DNA of 64,000 nucleotides from Lachnospiraceae bacterium (GTDB lineage Bacteria > Bacillota > Clostridia > Lachnospirales > Lachnospiraceae), in assembly GCA_050874665.1 (NCBI GenBank), contig JBNMLC010000006.1, positions 12,930-76,929 on the forward strand, written 5' to 3'. A program made the translations under genes and the position numbers. Every line of letters begins with the position of its first letter. Position 1 is the first letter of the stretch. The notes under the pieces are model-generated. The model saw nothing but the letters and a program-made list of their open reading frames with translations. It searched no databases and was not told the origin of the DNA. Positions 10,661 through 21,204 of the stretch are shown one piece after another.

Positions 10661-12667
10661 TTATTTTTCTATCTCACTTAAATGAATTTTCAATTCCAAC
10701 ATCTTGTCTCTCAGCTCTGCTGCCGCTTCAAAATTCAATTCTGCTGCCGCTTTCTTCATCTTCTTATCAATCTCTTTAATCAGCTTTTCTAGTTCTTTCT
10801 TACTCATAGATTCCGGATCCTTTGTAAGCTTTTCTTCTTCTTTTGCAATTTCTTTTGAAATGCTAATTAAATCTCTCACACTCTTTTGAATGGTCTGCGG
10901 TGTAATTCCATGCTCTTCATTATATTGTTGTTGAATCTTTCGTCTTCGCTCCGTCTCCGAAATAGCATTCTTCATCGAATCTGTCATCATATCTGCATAC
11001 ATGATGACATGTCCTTCCGCATTTCTTGCTGCACGTCCCACAGTCTGTATCAAAGAAGTTTCCGAACGCAAAAATCCTTCCTTATCGGCATCTAGTATCG
11101 CCACCAGACTAATCTCCGGAATGTCCAAGCCTTCTCTTAACAAGTTAATTCCAATCAATACATCGAATACATCCAAACGCATATCGCGAATGATTTCCGC
11201 CCGTTCTAACGTATCAATATCGGAATGCAGATACCTCACCCGAATTCCTACTTCCCGCATATACTCTGTCAAATCTTCCGCCATTTTCTTTGTCAACGTA
11301 GTTACTAATACTTTATTGTGCTTTTCCACTTCTTTATTTACTTCACTAATAAGGTCATCAATCTGGCCTTCGATAGGTCTTACGGAAATTTCCGGGTCAA
11401 GAAGACCGGTTGGTCTGATAATCTGCTCTGCTCTGAATAATTCATGTTCCTCTTCATATTGGGAAGGCGTAGCCGACACAAACATCATCTGGCATATCTT
11501 ACTTTCAAATTCTTCAAAATTAAGCGGCCTGTTGTCCTTTGCAGATGGAAGACGAAAACCATAGTCTACTAGTGTGTTCTTTCTGGATTGATCACCAAAA
11601 AACATTCCTCTGACCTGTGGTATCGTAATATGAGACTCGTCTACCATAATCAGAAAATCATCTGGAAAATAATCCATAAGCGTATGCGGTGGTGCGCCTG
11701 CCGGCATATGATTCAAATGTCTGGAGTAATTTTCAATTCCGGAACAAAAACCTGTCTCTCTCAGCATCTCCATATCATAATGTGTACGCTCTGCTATTCT
11801 CTGTGCCTCTATCAGCTTATCTTCACTTTTAAAATAGGCAACTCTTTCTTCTAGCTCCTTTTCAATATCTTCTATTGCACGATTAATTTTTTCCTGCGGC
11901 ACTACATAATGAGAGGCCGGAAAAATTGCCGCATGTTCTAACGCACCCTTTATTTCTCCTGTAAGAACATCAATTTCGGTAATTCTGTCAATTTCATCTC
12001 CGAAAAATTCAATACGAATAGCAGTATCAGAAAAATTTGCAGGAATAATTTCTACCACATCCCCATGTACTCTAAAAGAACCTCTTTTAAAATCCATTTC
12101 ATTTCTCGTATACTGTATATCCACAAGTTCACGCAAGACATCATCTCTGTTTTTTTCCATTCCCGGTCTCAATGAAATCATCATTCCCATATAATCTTCC
12201 GGGCTTCCCAATCCATAAATACAAGAAACACTGGCAATTACAATAACATCTTTTCGTTCTGTCAGAGATGAGGTCGCTGACAGACGCAATTTGTCAATCT
12301 CATCATTTACTGCTGAATCTTTCGCAATATAGGTATCTGTAGATGGTACATAAGCCTCCGGTTGGTAATAATCGTAATAAGAAACAAAATATTCCACTGC
12401 ATTTTCCGGGAAGAACTCCTTAAATTCGCTATAAAGCTGTCCTGCTAATGTTTTATTATGAGCAATGATAAGCGTTGGCTTATTCAGTGCCTGTATCACA
12501 TTTGCCATCGTAAAAGTCTTACCCGAACCAGTAACACCAAGTAGCGTCTGAAACTGGTTTCCCTCCTTAAATCCCTGTACAAGTTCTGAAATTGCCTGTG
12601 GCTGGTCACCTGTAGGTTGATATGGAGCATGTAATTTAAACATAGATTCTTGTGCTTCTGCTTTCAT
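10661..12667 (-). CDS. uvrB: excinuclease ABC subunit B
   Basis: [25 protein letters not shown] and the C-terminal UVR motif ([15 protein letters not shown]). Start set at ATG 12667, 7 nt after AGAGGT. The track ORF extends to a GTG at 12775. Confidence 0.95.
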   Translation of the reverse strand: MKAEAQESMFKLHAPYQPTGDQPQAISELVQGFKEGNQFQTLLGVTGSGKTFTMANVIQALNKPTLIIAHNKTLAGQLYSEFKEFFPENAVEYFVSYYDYYQPEAYVPSTDTYIAKDSAVNDEIDKLRLSATSSLTERKDVIVIASVSCIYGLGSPEDYMGMMISLRPGMEKNRDDVLRELVDIQYTRNEMDFKRGSFRVHGDVVEIIPANFSDTAIRIEFFGDEIDRITEIDVLTGEIKGALEHAAIFPASHYVVPQEKINRAIEDIEKELEERVAYFKSEDKLIEAQRIAERTHYDMEMLRETGFCSGIENYSRHLNHMPAGAPPHTLMDYFPDDFLIMVDESHITIPQVRGMFFGDQSRKNTLVDYGFRLPSAKDNRPLNFEEFESKICQMMFVSATPSQYEEEHELFRAEQIIRPTGLLDPEISVRPIEGQIDDLISEVNKEVEKHNKVLVTTLTKKMAEDLTEYMREVGIRVRYLHSDIDTLERAEIIRDMRLDVFDVLIGINLLREGLDIPEISLVAILDADKEGFLRSETSLIQTVGRAARNAEGHVIMYADMMTDSMKNAISETERRRKIQQQYNEEHGITPQTIQKSVRDLISISKEIAKEEEKLTKDPESMSKKELEKLIKEIDKKMKKAAAELNFEAAAELRDKMLELKIHLSEIEK

Positions 12668-12724
12668 TCTGCTTACCTCTCTATATAAATGAATTGCATC
12701 TCTTAATTTACATATTACCATAAA

Positions 12725-12767
12725 AGAAATAAAAAGTACAGAACAAATGTTCCTAATTGTTCTGTAC
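12725..12767 (-). terminator. intrinsic terminator closing the folate operon
   Basis: Minus strand reads GTACAGAACAA-10 nt-TTGTTCTGTAC followed by TTTTTATTTCTTTT. It overlaps the LexA-box candidate. Confidence 0.6.
12740..12753. promoter_or_regulatory. Cheo-type LexA (SOS) box candidate upstream of uvrBA
   Basis: aGAACaaatGTTCc matches the Firmicutes GAAC-N4-GTTC core. It lies about 75-85 nt upstream of the uvrB start. Confidence 0.45.
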
Positions 12768-12814
12768 CCTTCCACTGTTATATTACCAATAAATTTCTAT
12801 GTCTATTTCATACT

Positions 12815-12964
12815 TCACTTGTCTTCTTTCTCATCCATTCCCCAGTGATTTTTCATATATTTATCGCCAATATTACTTCCAATATTATTCTCCGTTTTAC
12901 GTCCAAAATATACATTTACGAACGTAATCACAATCAATAAGATTAAAATTGCTATCAATCCCAT
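12815..12964 (-). CDS. small hydrophobic peptide (49 aa), putative membrane protein
   Basis: Below the ORF-track cutoff. MGLIAILILLIVITFVNVYFGRKTENNIGSNIGDKYMKNHWGMDEKEDK. The ATG is 3 nt after the folBK stop, with GGAGGG 10 nt upstream. Confidence 0.35.
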   Translation of the reverse strand: MGLIAILILLIVITFVNVYFGRKTENNIGSNIGDKYMKNHWGMDEKEDK

Positions 12965-12967
12965 AAT

Positions 12968-13786
12968 TTACTTTCCCTCCAGTTCTAAAAGCATCTCTGC
13001 CACCGTTTTTCCATATACAGGGTGCCTTTTGTATCTGGCTATCTGTGCCAGAGGCCGTAGCACAAAATCTCTGTTTTTCATATCCACATGAGGTATCGTA
13101 AGCTTTTCTGAATCCATCACTACATCATCATAAAAAATAATATCAAGATCCAACGTGCGCGGTCCCCAGTGAACAATGCGCTCCCTGTCGGCTTCCTTCT
13201 CAAGACGGTTCAAAAGTTTCAGCAACTCTGACGGATAGCGTAAGGTGCGAAGCTCCAGACAGCCATTTAAAAATTTATCCTGCTCTGTCATACCATAGGG
13301 TTCTGTTTCTATCAAATCGGAGCATTTTACAATCTCACAGTCCTCCTGTTTTTCAAGGCTTTCCATCGCCCGGCTAATATAGCCTTCCCTATCCCCCATA
13401 TTAGAACCCAGGGCAATGAATGCGGTATGCCATTCCCGCTCAATTTCCACAGACACAGTATTGAGGGGCAGACCTACGGGTGCCCACGGCTTTTTTATTT
13501 CTACTGAAACCTTTTCTAAATTTTTCACTTCCAGCAGTAAATATTTTGCCAACTGTTCTGCAACCATTTCTATCAACTGATACGTATGTTCCTTTAAAAA
13601 CTGTGTGATTTTATGACATACACTGCCGTAATCAATGGATTTTTTCAAATCATCCGTTGTCCCTGCCTGTCTGGTATCTGTGTATAAAACTGCCGATACC
13701 AGAAATTTCTGTCCCAGCACATTTTCTTCCTGATATACACCATGATTGCAATAAACTTCCAGATCCTTAATCTTTATCTTATCCAT
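12968..13786 (-). CDS. folK: bifunctional dihydroneopterin aldolase / HPPK (FolB-FolK fusion)
   Basis: The N-terminal half is FolB-like (IKDLEVYCNHGVYQEENVLGQKF). The C-terminal half is HPPK-like (IALGSNMGDREGY..., WGPRTLDLDIIFYDD). Confidence 0.9.
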   Translation of the reverse strand: MDKIKIKDLEVYCNHGVYQEENVLGQKFLVSAVLYTDTRQAGTTDDLKKSIDYGSVCHKITQFLKEHTYQLIEMVAEQLAKYLLLEVKNLEKVSVEIKKPWAPVGLPLNTVSVEIEREWHTAFIALGSNMGDREGYISRAMESLEKQEDCEIVKCSDLIETEPYGMTEQDKFLNGCLELRTLRYPSELLKLLNRLEKEADRERIVHWGPRTLDLDIIFYDDVVMDSEKLTIPHVDMKNRDFVLRPLAQIARYKRHPVYGKTVAEMLLELEGK

Positions 13787-13807
13787 ATTACGCCTCTCTT
13801 ATCCTAT

Positions 13808-14614
13808 TTATCTTCCTAAAATTGCCTCCGTCATGGCAATTGCACGTTTATTTTCTTTCACATCATGCACACGCACGAAAGAACACTTTTTCATAACTCC
13901 CATAACAGTCGTTACCAATGTTCCTTCTACTCTTTCTTCCACCGGAAGATTTAAAGTCAGTCCAATAACTGATTTTCTTGAAGTACCAAGAAGAATCGGA
14001 TATCCCAGCGCATGCATTTGTTCTAATTTATTAATTGCCTCTAAGTTATTTTCATATGTTTTTCCAAATCCTACCCCCGGATCCAAGATAATCTTATCGT
14101 CTGCAATTCCCGCTTTTTCTGCAATTTTTACCGTTTCACCCAAATCATCAAGCATATCCCGCATAAAATTTTTATAGTCCGCCTCTTTACGGTTATGCAT
14201 AAGACAACATGGTAAACCACTTTCTGCAATCACACCCGCTAAAATTTCATCATACTTCAATCCCCAGATATCATTAATTAAGTTTGCACCTGCACCAATG
14301 GCAGCCTTAGCCACATTTCCCTTATAAGTATCTACAGAAATCGGAATATCAAATCTCTTTTTCACAGCCTCAATCGCAGGCACAACTCTTGAAATTTCTT
14401 CTTCGTCGCTGAGTAAAGTATAGCCCGGTCTTGTAGATTCTCCTCCAATATCAATAATATCCACACCTTCTGTCATCATTTTCTCTGCCTGTTTTAATGC
14501 AGTATCTATCGTATTAAACTTACCGCCATCTGAAAAAGAGTCTGGTGTCACATTCAAAATACCCATCACATATGTGTGCTTTCCAAGTTCAAATTCCTTA
14601 TTTCCAATCTTCAT
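13808..14614 (-). CDS. folP: dihydropteroate synthase
   Basis: GILNVTPDSFSDGG and DIGGESTRPG motifs. Start at ATG 14614, 7 nt after GGAGG. The track ORF extends to 14635. Confidence 0.92.
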   Translation of the reverse strand: MKIGNKEFELGKHTYVMGILNVTPDSFSDGGKFNTIDTALKQAEKMMTEGVDIIDIGGESTRPGYTLLSDEEEISRVVPAIEAVKKRFDIPISVDTYKGNVAKAAIGAGANLINDIWGLKYDEILAGVIAESGLPCCLMHNRKEADYKNFMRDMLDDLGETVKIAEKAGIADDKIILDPGVGFGKTYENNLEAINKLEQMHALGYPILLGTSRKSVIGLTLNLPVEERVEGTLVTTVMGVMKKCSFVRVHDVKENKRAIAMTEAILGR

Positions 14615-14644
14615 ACGTGTTCCTCCGCTTTTCATACGCCAACA

Positions 14645-15127
14645 TTAAATATATATTTTTAAATTTTTCTTTTCGTTTTTCCACTTACACTCAGCTTCAC
14701 TCTTACAGGCAAAGCACGGTCTGGATGCTTTGTCTGCACGATAAAATATTCCACGAAAGCTTTGTTCTTGTGCAATTGCTTTGTTTCTATGCTCACCAAT
14801 CACTTCTGAGATTGTCTCTATTTCTTCTTTAGAAAACCCACAGTCCTCCAAAATCTTTGGTGCGTATTTTAAACTTGCTTTTTCATGAGGTGTTTTATCC
14901 TCGTACTGTTTAAATCTGCCAATATCATGAAGCAGGGCTGCTGCGTAGATTAATTCTTTCTCTATATTAAGGTTTTCTTCCATATTAAATATATACGCAA
15001 TTCTTGCAACAGCCATAAAATGCTCCATATTATGTCGACAAAACTCTCTTTTCTTTTCCCATTTTTCGATTTTTTTATAACATTTAGCAAAAAGCTCATG
15101 CTCTAAAATCTGATTGACACGTTCCAT
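14645..15127 (-). CDS. HD-domain phosphohydrolase embedded in the folate operon
   Basis: H...LLHDIGR metal-binding motif. 160 aa. Sits between folE and folP. Confidence 0.7.
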   Translation of the reverse strand: MERVNQILEHELFAKCYKKIEKWEKKREFCRHNMEHFMAVARIAYIFNMEENLNIEKELIYAAALLHDIGRFKQYEDKTPHEKASLKYAPKILEDCGFSKEEIETISEVIGEHRNKAIAQEQSFRGIFYRADKASRPCFACKSEAECKWKNEKKNLKIYI

Positions 15128-15145
15128 GTTTCACTCTTCCTAATA

Positions 15146-15718
15146 TTATAATTTTATCATCTGAAAGCATTTATTTTGCAAATTTTCGTCTTTGTCAAAT
15201 ACACCTCTTGTAGCAACGGTTACCGTTTTACTTCCAGGCTTTTTCACACCCCGCATCGTCATGCACATATGCTCCGCCTCTAGCACTACCATCACTCCTT
15301 GCGGCTCTAAATATTTCATAATAGCATCTGCAATCTGTCCCGTCATCTTTTCCTGTATCTGAGGGCGCTTTGCATATACTTCCACTGTTCTGGCAAGCTT
15401 GCTAAGTCCCGCCACTTTACCGTTCGGTATATAAGCAATACACGCCTTGCCATAAAAGGGCATCAAATGATGTTCACAGGTAGAATAAAAGGTAATATCC
15501 TTTTCTAATACCAGTTCATTATGCTCTACGGTAAACGTCTTTCCTAAATGCACTCCGGCATCTTCTGTCAGCCCCGCAAAAATTTCTTCGTACATTCTCG
15601 CAATCCGATCTGGCGTTTCCTTTAATCCTTCCCTGTTAATATCTTCCCCGATTCCTTCTAACAAAAGAGTCACTGCCTGTTTAATTTTTTCCTGATTCAT
15701 GTACACCAAGCCTTTCAT
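15146..15718 (-). CDS. folE: GTP cyclohydrolase I
   Basis: [12 protein letters not shown] and [11 protein letters not shown] motifs. The start is either the ATGA overlap with folC (15718) or the ATG at 15700. Confidence 0.92.
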   Translation of the reverse strand: MKGLVYMNQEKIKQAVTLLLEGIGEDINREGLKETPDRIARMYEEIFAGLTEDAGVHLGKTFTVEHNELVLEKDITFYSTCEHHLMPFYGKACIAYIPNGKVAGLSKLARTVEVYAKRPQIQEKMTGQIADAIMKYLEPQGVMVVLEAEHMCMTMRGVKKPGSKTVTVATRGVFDKDENLQNKCFQMIKL

Positions 15719-17034
15719 ACGCCTATAGGCTTACTTTTCTTTTCCATTTCTTCCAACAATTCCATCAATCTTCCGATAAAAGATAAGGAACCAAAAGAAA
15801 GAATCACGTCATCCTTTTTTGCCAGTAAAAGTGCCATCTCTATTGCCTCTTTCAGGCTGTCTGCTGCTGTCACATTCTCATTATAATTGCGTACTGCATA
15901 CGCTAAATCCATTCCGGGCAACGCACGTTCGTTATCCGGAATCGTAAATGTAATAATCTGACTTGCCAAAGGAGCTGTTTCTCTTGCAATCTTTTCGTAT
16001 TCCTTGTCTTTAAAAACCCCCATAAGATATATCATCTTTTTACCTTTTAATTGCTCTTTTATGGTTTTTGCCAGCTTTCTTGCTGCATCTTCGTTATGAG
16101 CACCGTCCACAATAATTCTGGGGCTTCTATGAATCGTTGTAAATCTGCCCAGCCACTTTGTTTTTGCAAATCCCTGATAGATTGCCTCCCTCGGTACAGG
16201 AAATCCCTTGTTCTGCAGCTCTTCAACTACGTTAAGAGCCAGTACTGCATTGCTAATCTGATGTGTTCCAATTAACCCTATTTCAATATTTTGATAATCC
16301 TCAGTTCCTATATAGGAAAATATCTGATAATCCAAGTTACTTTCAACAATAACAGCTTTCGAAGCATCTGCAAAAATAAGTTCTGCTCCTATCCGGTCAG
16401 CCTCTTTCCTCAAAACAGCTTCCACCACGGCTTCCTGCTTCATGGATATTGCCGGTACGCCCTGCCTCATAATACCGGATTTTGCTTTTGCAATTTCCTC
16501 TAATGTATCTCCCAAAATTCCCATATGATCTCTGCTAATGGAAGCAAACACCGTACATAGCTTTTGTTCGATGGCATTCGTAGCATCTTGGCCGCCACCT
16601 AATCCACATTCTAAAATTACCAAATCACAACCACAGTGTTTGAAATACCATAATGCCAACGCCGTTTCTATTTCAAAAGGTGTCGGATGTGAAAAGCCTT
16701 CTTCCACCATCTGTTCAGAAATCTCCCGAATCAGAGTAACTCCTTTGGCAAAATCCTTTTTCTCTATATATCTGTTATTCACCTGTATCCGTTCCCTATA
16801 TTTGCATATGGTTGGAGAAACATACCTTCCAACCCTATATCCTGCCTCGCAATAAATCGTAGAAAGATAAGATACTACCGAGCCCTTTCCATTTGTTCCT
16901 GCGACATGAATGACGGAGATATCCTGTTCCGGATGCTTTAACCTTTCTAATAGTTCTTTGATGTTAGTCAATCCTAACACGCTGCCGTAGGCATTCATCT
17001 CTTGCATATATTCCCGTGCTTTTCTATAGTCCAT
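15715..17034 (-). CDS. folC: bifunctional folylpolyglutamate synthase / dihydrofolate synthase
   Basis: Mur-ligase P-loop [10 protein letters not shown]. 439 aa. Located in the fol operon. Confidence 0.9.
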   Translation of the reverse strand: MDYRKAREYMQEMNAYGSVLGLTNIKELLERLKHPEQDISVIHVAGTNGKGSVVSYLSTIYCEAGYRVGRYVSPTICKYRERIQVNNRYIEKKDFAKGVTLIREISEQMVEEGFSHPTPFEIETALALWYFKHCGCDLVILECGLGGGQDATNAIEQKLCTVFASISRDHMGILGDTLEEIAKAKSGIMRQGVPAISMKQEAVVEAVLRKEADRIGAELIFADASKAVIVESNLDYQIFSYIGTEDYQNIEIGLIGTHQISNAVLALNVVEELQNKGFPVPREAIYQGFAKTKWLGRFTTIHRSPRIIVDGAHNEDAARKLAKTIKEQLKGKKMIYLMGVFKDKEYEKIARETAPLASQIITFTIPDNERALPGMDLAYAVRNYNENVTAADSLKEAIEMALLLAKKDDVILSFGSLSFIGRLMELLEEMEKKSKPIGV

Positions 17035-17063
17035 AGCACACCTCTGTTCTTTATTTTTACAGC

Positions 17064-17495
17064 TTAATTTTTTTCACCGTATTTTTCTTCACAATACTTG
17101 CATCGATAAATCTTCTTTTCTTTGTCTGTCAGCACAAAGACCTGCTTTAACTCCTGCTCAATGGAAGTAATGCAACGTGGATTCTTACATTTGATAACAT
17201 TTTCAATGGTTTCCGGAAGATTTAATTCCTTTTTCTCTACAATCTCACCGTCTTTAATGATGTTTACGGTAATATTACAGTCAATAAAACCAAGAATATC
17301 TAAATTCAGCCTTTCTATATCACATTCTACCTTGATAATATCTTTCTTTCCCATCACCTGGCTTCGTGCATTTTTAATAATTGCAACACAACAATCTAAC
17401 TTGTCCAGTTTTAAGTCACGATAAATAGACATGCTTTTTCCTGCTTCAATATGATCCAATACAAAACCTTCGTTTAATTTTCCAACGTTTAACAT
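17064..17495 (-). CDS. pyrI: aspartate carbamoyltransferase regulatory subunit
   Basis: 143 aa. C-terminal zinc motif CKNPRC...CKYC. Follows pyrB. Confidence 0.9.
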   Translation of the reverse strand: MLNVGKLNEGFVLDHIEAGKSMSIYRDLKLDKLDCCVAIIKNARSQVMGKKDIIKVECDIERLNLDILGFIDCNITVNIIKDGEIVEKKELNLPETIENVIKCKNPRCITSIEQELKQVFVLTDKEKKIYRCKYCEEKYGEKN

Positions 17496-17504
17496 AATTT
17501 CCTC

Positions 17505-18425
17505 CTAATCCACTTTGATTTCCAGTAAAGTAAGTATTAGTGCCATTCGTGCATAAACGCCATACTGTACCTGTTTAAAATACACTGCGCGAGGATCATC
17601 ATCGACTTCAACAGAAATCTCATTTACCCTTGGAAGTGGATGCAATACCAACATGTCTTCTTTCGCCAGACTCATTTTCTTTCTGTCTAATACATAGAAA
17701 TCTTTCATTCTGACATAATCTTCTTCATTAAAGAAACGCTCTTTTTGCACTCTTGTCATATATAAAAGGTCTAATTCCGGAATTACTTCCTCTAATCTGA
17801 CTACTTCCTTATATTCCATATTTTTTGCATCCAGCACTTCTTCTCTGATATATCCCGGCACTCTTAATTCTTCGGGAGAAATAAGTACAAATTTAACATT
17901 TTCATATCTTGACAACGCATGAATCAAGGAGTGAACTGTTCGTCCAAACTTCAAATCTCCGCATAATCCGATTGTCAGATTTCCAAGTCTTCCTTTCAAT
18001 GATTTAATCGTTAATAAATCGGTAATTGTCTGTGTAGGATGCTGGTGACCGCCATCTCCTGCATTTATAACCGGAATGGAGGAATGCAGCGATGCCACTA
18101 ATGGAGCTCCTTCCTTCGGATGACGCATGGCACAAATATCAGCATAACAAGAAATCATTCTAATTGTGTCAGACACGCTTTCTCCTTTTGCTGCCGAACT
18201 GCTGCCTGCTGATGAAAATCCAATTACATTTCCTCCTAAATTCAACATGGCTGCCTCAAAGCTTAATCTTGTTCTTGTACTTGGTTCATAGAAACAAGTA
18301 GCAAGCTTTTTTCCTGCACAGGCATGGGCATATTGTTCAGGATTTTTTTCAATTCTTCCTGCCAAAGCTAAAATTTCATCTAATTCCTCTACGGTAAAGT
18401 CCAATGGGCTCATTAAATGTCTCAT
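17505..18425 (-). CDS. pyrB: aspartate carbamoyltransferase catalytic subunit
   Basis: STRTRLSFE and HPLPR motifs. Start at ATG 18425, preceded by AAGGAG. The track ORF extends to 18470. Confidence 0.93.
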   Translation of the reverse strand: MRHLMSPLDFTVEELDEILALAGRIEKNPEQYAHACAGKKLATCFYEPSTRTRLSFEAAMLNLGGNVIGFSSAGSSSAAKGESVSDTIRMISCYADICAMRHPKEGAPLVASLHSSIPVINAGDGGHQHPTQTITDLLTIKSLKGRLGNLTIGLCGDLKFGRTVHSLIHALSRYENVKFVLISPEELRVPGYIREEVLDAKNMEYKEVVRLEEVIPELDLLYMTRVQKERFFNEEDYVRMKDFYVLDRKKMSLAKEDMLVLHPLPRVNEISVEVDDDPRAVYFKQVQYGVYARMALILTLLEIKVD

Positions 18426-18469
18426 TTTAATCTCCTTTATGGTTGTTATTTTAGATTTATATTTACGCA

Positions 18470-18504
18470 AGAATAGAAAGCCCGGTCAACGGACTTTCTA
18501 TTCT
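18470..18504 (-). terminator. hairpin downstream of the nitroreductase gene
   Basis: 11-bp stem agaatagaaag/ctttctattct with a 13-nt loop, directly after the stop at 18514. The 3' arm is U-rich. Confidence 0.5.
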
Positions 18505-18513
18505 TATTATTGT

Positions 18514-19050
18514 CTATTTATATGTTAATAAATCTTCTACCGTTTTTCTTTTTGGTGCTTCCGGACTTTCCGCAGGATGTCCAATTACTATAAGTGCCAC
18601 CATTTCCTGTGTTTCCGGTATTTCAAGCATTTTTCCCACTTTTTCATAGTCGAAAATCCCCAAAATTACACTTCCAATTCCATATTCATGTGCCGCCAGA
18701 CAAAAGGTCTGTGTTGCCACCCCGGCATCAAACATCTGCCATGAATCTCCCTTTACCGTTGTAAAAGAACCATCTCTCTCATAACCGCATCTATTCTTTA
18801 CAACAGAAACTGCCACAATCGCCGGTGCAGCATCGATTGTCTTTGCATTAAAAGGCATGGTTGCTTCCGCTGCAATTTTGTCTTTTAATTCTTTACTCTC
18901 CACTACCGTATACCGGGCAATCTGTGTGTTTTTCCACGATGGTGCCATAGAAGCTGCTTCTATTATCTTTTGTATGGTATCATGCGATACTGACTCTTCT
19001 GTAAATTTACGGATACTACGACGAGTATTAATACATTCAATTGTGTTCAT
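18514..19050 (-). CDS. nitroreductase family protein
   Basis: MNTIECINTRRSIRKF... is a typical N-terminus. Start at ATG 19050 after AGGAGG. A TTGCAA-17-TATAAT promoter lies upstream. Confidence 0.8.
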   Translation of the reverse strand: MNTIECINTRRSIRKFTEESVSHDTIQKIIEAASMAPSWKNTQIARYTVVESKELKDKIAAEATMPFNAKTIDAAPAIVAVSVVKNRCGYERDGSFTTVKGDSWQMFDAGVATQTFCLAAHEYGIGSVILGIFDYEKVGKMLEIPETQEMVALIVIGHPAESPEAPKRKTVEDLLTYK

Positions 19051-19135
19051 CTCGTTTCCTCCTCTGACCATTTTACTTATTATATAATAAATAAACAGCA
19101 GTTGCAAGCCGTTTCATGGCAATCATGCAAATTGC

Positions 19136-19552
19136 TCAGATTTGGATTTCAATTTCATGCACTCTTACATTTTTGTCAGAATCAATACCGAAAGCTTTTA
19201 AAACAGGCTGCTCTCTTTCCATCAAAGACAATATTAGATATTCCATCGTCGGATCATACGCTAAACGCTTGTCCTCTTCAGACGGTCTAGACGGTGACTC
19301 CGGATGTGAATGAAAGTTTCCAATCATAGAAAATCCGTTTGCCCGCATATCCTTTACCGCTGCTAATTGTTCCTTCGGATCCATAGAAAAATGTTCATTG
19401 CTGGCATCCATATTAGTAAGCAGATATACTTTTTTAATTGTTTTCACTCCATCTTCAATAGAACCGGCAAGAAGACCACAGGATTCATTTGGCAGTCCTT
19501 CTATGCAATGCTTTAAAATTTGATCATAATCTTCTTTATTGAGTTTCAACAT
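19136..19552 (-). CDS. JAMM/MPN+ metalloprotease (Mec/HcyD/QbsD-like)
   Basis: NESCGLL plus HSHPESPSRPSEED, which fits the JAMM motif HxHx7Sx2D. Last gene of the thiocarboxylate cluster. Confidence 0.8.
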   Translation of the reverse strand: MLKLNKEDYDQILKHCIEGLPNESCGLLAGSIEDGVKTIKKVYLLTNMDASNEHFSMDPKEQLAAVKDMRANGFSMIGNFHSHPESPSRPSEEDKRLAYDPTMEYLILSLMEREQPVLKAFGIDSDKNVRVHEIEIQI

Positions 19553-19577
19553 ATCTGGTATTTCTTCCTTTCCATTT

Positions 19578-20384
19578 CTATTTTTTCATATCGCACTCTG
19601 CCTGCTCGTAGTCAATTAATTCTGTAATGGTTGGATTTTCGCCGCATACTGCACAGTGGCAATCTTTTGGTAATGGTACGGTTCTAAATTGCATTTTTAA
19701 TGCATCATAAGTCAAAAGACGTCCGGTCAGCAAGTCGCCCTGACCAATAATGTACTTCACAGCTTCCATAGCCTGCAGACTTCCGATTACACCACCCATT
19801 GCCCCAATGACACCTGCCTGCTTACATGTCGGCACTGCATCCTTTGGCGGTGGATTCTTAAATACGCAACGATAACATGGACCTTCTCCCGGAACATAAG
19901 TCATCAGTTGTCCCTGGAAACGGATAATTCCCGCATGGGAAAATGGTTTTTTCGCCATAACACATGCATCATTAATCAGGAATTTTGCCGGGAAATTGTC
20001 TGTCCCATCAATAATAAAATCATAGTCTTTCAGAAGTTCCATAATATTTTCAGAAGTTACGAAAGTACGGTAGGTATCTACTTTGATATCCGGATTAATT
20101 GCCAGCATACTTTCTTTTGCTGACTTTACTTTTGCTTTTCCAATGTCTGCTGTAGAATGAATAATCTGTCTTTGCAGATTAGACAAATCCACCTCATCTG
20201 CATCTACAATACCAATATGTCCCACTCCGGCTGCTGCAAGATACATAGCCGCTGGTGCACCCAGACCGCCTGCACCAATAATCAGCACGCTGGCATTTAA
20301 GAGTTTTTTCTGCCCCTTAACACCAACCTCTTTCAATATGATATGGCGTGAATAACGTTCTAACTGTTCGTTCGTAAATGCCAT
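19578..20384 (-). CDS. ThiF/MoeB/HesA family E1-like adenylyltransferase
   Basis: GAGGLGAP nucleotide loop. Two CxxC pairs (CYRC, CAVC). Its start overlaps the stop of the carrier gene (TAATG). Confidence 0.85.
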   Translation of the reverse strand: MAFTNEQLERYSRHIILKEVGVKGQKKLLNASVLIIGAGGLGAPAAMYLAAAGVGHIGIVDADEVDLSNLQRQIIHSTADIGKAKVKSAKESMLAINPDIKVDTYRTFVTSENIMELLKDYDFIIDGTDNFPAKFLINDACVMAKKPFSHAGIIRFQGQLMTYVPGEGPCYRCVFKNPPPKDAVPTCKQAGVIGAMGGVIGSLQAMEAVKYIIGQGDLLTGRLLTYDALKMQFRTVPLPKDCHCAVCGENPTITELIDYEQAECDMKK

Positions 20385-20605
20385 TATCTTGCGCCTCCTC
20401 CCATGAAATACAAGAATTCAATCACATCACCTTCTGCTAACTTTGTTGTATCAAAATCAGCTCTGTCAACAAATTCATCATTTCTTGTCACTGTCACATA
20501 ATCTGCATTTTCCACCTGTTCTTTTTCAATCAAAGTTGTGATATTAATTCCTTCTTCATATTCTTTCTTGTTTCCTGCCACTGTAATTGTCATTTTTCTT
20601 CCCAT
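20384..20605 (-). CDS. ThiS/MoaD-like sulfur carrier protein with a C-terminal GG-AR extension
   Basis: Small beta-grasp-sized ORF ending ...FLYFMGGGAR. Translationally coupled to the E1 gene. An alternative start at 20593 gives MTITVAGN. Confidence 0.7.
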   Translation of the reverse strand: MGRKMTITVAGNKKEYEEGINITTLIEKEQVENADYVTVTRNDEFVDRADFDTTKLAEGDVIEFLYFMGGGAR

Positions 20606-20620
20606 CCTTTTCTTTTCGTT

Positions 20621-20938
20621 TTAAATAATGTCTGCAAATAATTCAAGAATTGCATCCTTTTTTACAGCTCCCTTTGTTCTTGCATATTCTTTTCCCTGAC
20701 TAAATACAATAAGTGTAGGAGCAGCCAGAATATTATATTGTTCTGTCAGTGTTTCTTCATAATTCACATTAACTTTGTAAATATCTATTTTTTCTTCGTA
20801 CTCATCTTCTATATCACCAAGAATTCCTGCCACCATTTTACACGGTACACAAGTATCCGAATAAAAATCTACTAATACTGGCTTTTCTGCCTTTAACACA
20901 AGCGTTTCAAATTCTTCTTTGTTAATTCTCTTTGCCAT
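20621..20938 (-). CDS. thioredoxin family protein (CVPC active site)
   Basis: 105 aa. VDFYSDTCVPCKM... is a thioredoxin-fold pattern. Confidence 0.8.
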   Translation of the reverse strand: MAKRINKEEFETLVLKAEKPVLVDFYSDTCVPCKMVAGILGDIEDEYEEKIDIYKVNVNYEETLTEQYNILAAPTLIVFSQGKEYARTKGAVKKDAILELFADII

Positions 20939-20952
20939 AATCTTTCCTTTCT

Positions 20953-21204
20953 CTACTGCTCCTCTTCTACCTTTCGCACAATAAGAGTATAGGTATCATC
21001 TTCATTTTTGTTTAGCTTTAAAATCTGATGTCCTTCTTCTTTGATACTTCTTGGTACATTTTGAACCGGTTCCCCATCATTCATTCGAATGGCAAGAATC
21101 TGTCCATCTTCTAATTCCTCTAAGGCAACTTTTGCCTTTACAAAAGTAACCGGGCAAACAACATCTGTAATATCTACCGTTTCATCAATTTCAAACTCAG
21201 CCAT
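20953..21204 (-). CDS. TusA/SirA-like sulfurtransferase
   Basis: 83 aa. DITDVVCPVTFVKAKVALEEL carries the conserved Cys of the TusA motif. Confidence 0.75.
   Translation of the reverse strand: MAEFEIDETVDITDVVCPVTFVKAKVALEELEDGQILAIRMNDGEPVQNVPRSIKEEGHQILKLNKNEDDTYTLIVRKVEEEQ

Noticed and set aside
18426-18513. PyrR-type attenuator upstream of pyrB
   Set aside because: The only hairpin sits directly after the nitroreductase stop, and its loop lacks the PyrR-binding ARUCCAGAGAGG motif. It is better explained as that gene's terminator.
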